A DNA stretch of 64,000 nt from Chlorokybus atmophyticus (Eukaryota > Plantae > Mesostigma and Chlorokybus algae). The notes under the pieces were generated by a model that was not told where the DNA came from, made no database searches, and worked only from the letters and a program-made list of their open reading frames with translations. The stretch is taken from positions 62,001 through 126,000 of the forward strand of contig RHPI01003488.1 in assembly GCA_009103225.1 (NCBI GenBank). The letters are read 5' to 3'. Shown piece after piece: positions 61,689-64,000 of the stretch (position 1 is its first letter; each line of letters begins with the position of its first letter). The position numbers were made by a program, and so were the translations under genes.

Positions 61689-64000
61689 ATGGGAGTCCTT
61701 TGTCCGTATTGCCACATGCGCTTCGCCACACGCAGCTCGGTCTACATGCACATTATTAGCAGCAGGGTGTGCAAGCAGCTCAAGCTGTATGTCGGCCAGC
61801 GTTCATTACAGTACGATGCGGGTCATGTTGAACCGGGGCGTTCGATTCAGGATGCTCACATGCTTGATGCTGAAAGATTCCTCCAGGAGACACACGCACA
61901 GCAGCAACAGGAGGAGGAGGAAGTGAACGAGGGCTTTCGATGTGTGCGTGTGCCTGAGAAACCTGTGGCACGCCAACATGGAAGTGGAGGCGTCCCTTCA
62001 CACGCGTCGGAATCCAGGTGGTATGGCTCGAAGCATGCTCTTGCAGTGGCATTCGTGCAGTGCAACAACGGCCAAGGCCTGTCGGCCTCCGACATGGGGC
62101 GGATCATCAAGTGCATCCGAAATGCACACTTCCTGACGGAAGAGCTCCAGTGGGAGACCGGTGTGCATGTGGCCAGCTACCTCCGGACCACGATTGCTTT
62201 CTCTCAGTCTGAGGTGTGTTCACGGTGTGCGGTGCATGTGCTTAACCATCAGAGCCATGTCACATATGCACATGCGAGTGTGCTGCCGTATCAGAACTAC
62301 GTGACGGCTGACCTGCGCAAGCCTTGAGACCCTGAGGATCAAGACATCTGCGTCACATATATGCCGGCCAAGGTCTGTGAAATGCAGTACCAAGGTCTGT
62401 GAAATGCAGTACCTAATGCAGTATCGATGCAGTATCTATTCTGAGGCCAGCATAGTAAGTAATGCTCTTGGTCGGAGCAGGCATGGCTCGCGCGGTTGTA
62501 TGGCAATCCACATGCCGCCAATGGCTTCAATCTCCAGTACACTAATAACAAGCATAGCTTTGGTGTTTGTTACGGCCTAGCTACTATAGCTGGTCATGTA
62601 CAGTGTATATATAAGTTTAATTAGCGAGAAACAAAAGTTTAAGAAACCTTGGTTGGATTATCTGGGTTTGTTATGCAAGCTTTGAATGCGTGTGTTTGTG
62701 TTTGAGCTTTAACACGAGTGCAATGCATCGCTAATTATAAGCTTGGCTGGTTAGAGCATTTACATGCATCTAATTAGAAGTGGTTGACCAGGAATTACCC
62801 TATTCATGTATGTATGGGCGTCTTGAGTAGGAAGATAAAAGCACATGGCTTTAGTATAATGATTTATTAACGCGATGTGGGCTTATGGGGCCAATCGCAT
62901 AAAACATCATAGGAAAAAGCATGTGTAATTATAAGGTTCATTTAGGCCAATCCAAGGCGGCTTATTTGGATCAATTGACTAGAGCGAAGTAGCCTACCTA
63001 GGGTGAACAAAAAGGACTTTGCGAAATGAGTTCGCGAAGGGGTTGATTCACCTGCGAAGTGAATCAACATAGTGAACTAAAGTAGTTCACTAGGGGTTCG
63101 TAAGTGAACTAAGTAAATCACCCTAATATGAGAGGACTAATAGAAGAGAGAGCCAAAAGTGAATCACTGGTGAACTAAATTAGTTCACTAGTAGAGTGAT
63201 TCATAATGCCGACAAGGTAGTGAACTAAAGTTGATTCACTGGTGAATCAACTATTAGATCACTTCGCGACGCGACGTCGCGACAGAAAATCGGCTAAGGC
63301 ATTGGCTCCCTCCCGCGTGTGCCAATACGCAGCGCCTGGCAGCGCCGCCTGCCATGGCCGCAAGCACAAAAATCGCGGATTCGCATTATTGGTCACTTTG
63401 CAGAATGCCAGTGAACCACTGCCGGTTGAACTAAACTAATCACTTGGGTGAGTGAATGGGGATCTGGTAGAGGGCTTTGGACCAAGTAGGTCTTAGCCAA
63501 GATAGTTCCTAGTAAAGCTCAAGGCGATGGATTTCGCCATAAAAAAGGAGCCAGTCGCGGGTGGAGGGTAGCCGCCGCACGACTTGAGCTCCGGGCTTTT
63601 GGGGCTAAGTTAGGGGTACCTAGGCTAGGTGACCATAACCCTTAAGTTACCAAGTAATTGTTCATACAATGAAAGGTGATTAAGGGAGTGTACAGTCACA
63701 ACATGTAATAGTGTGTGATCACTGTGCATAGTTTTTAGTGTGATTTCCCCTCCGCGCGGCGTAACATTTAGCCATCCTTCCACGAGCGATTGGTGGAAGG
63801 ATGTGGAGGTGGATTTGAGGAGAGAGGTGGGGGAAGCGTCCTACTTAGAGCCTGCCATTCTGTACAGTGACAAGACCACGCTGGACAGCGCGGGCAAGCG
63901 CTCTGGCTACCCTCGGATGGCATCGCTTGCCAACTACAGTTGGGACATGTATGCTAGCAACATGGGGGTTGTTGTGATAGTGCTTCTGCCGGTGGTTCAC
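61689..64000 (+). mobile_element. Plavaka-like transposase gene (interrupted, runs off window)
   Basis: N-terminal Zn finger CPYCHMRF...YMHIISSRVC; LSASDMGRIIKCIRNAHFLTEELQW; an open frame from about 63722 to the window end reads HPSTSDWWKDVE...EPAILYSDKTTLDSAGKRSGYP...SLAN, resembling the Plavaka core W.GDWW...P.IL.SDKT...AYP...GN. There is a stop near 62325 and ~1.3 kb of non-coding interruption. Confidence 0.7.
63042..63251. repeat. Array of short perfect hairpins built on GTGAA(TC/CT)AA motifs
   Basis: Stems 63042-51/63059-68, 63070-79/63083-92, 63170-78/63180-88 and 63230-39/63242-51. Confidence 0.85.

Overview
Intron-rich eukaryotic nuclear DNA, most consistent with a flagellated green alga of the streptophyte lineage. 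This is an inference from IFT27 plus plant-type MET1, Z-ISO, IMPDH, ZFPL1 and a group-A AREB/ABI5-like bZIP. Gene order: IFT27 (+), Z-ISO (-), MET1/DNMT1 (+), a large secreted sugar-dehydrogenase/PKD multidomain gene of bacterial architecture (-), a nested TE cluster (Ty3/gypsy remnant, Naiad/Chlamys-type Penelope-like element, a TRIM inside it, a foldback element), IMPDH (-), an MFS transporter (+), ABI5-like bZIP (-), ZFPL1 (+), an unknown gene (-), a decayed intron-containing pogo/Tigger transposon, a decayed coiled-coil gene (-), and a Plavaka-like transposase running off the right edge. The top observation is that spliced MET1 begins with a methyl-CpG-binding (MBD)-like domain split across intron 1, i.e. 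a putative reader-writer MBD-DNMT1 fusion. All calls come from manual translation, splicing and motif recognition; no database searches were run, and many internal exon boundaries are approximate.
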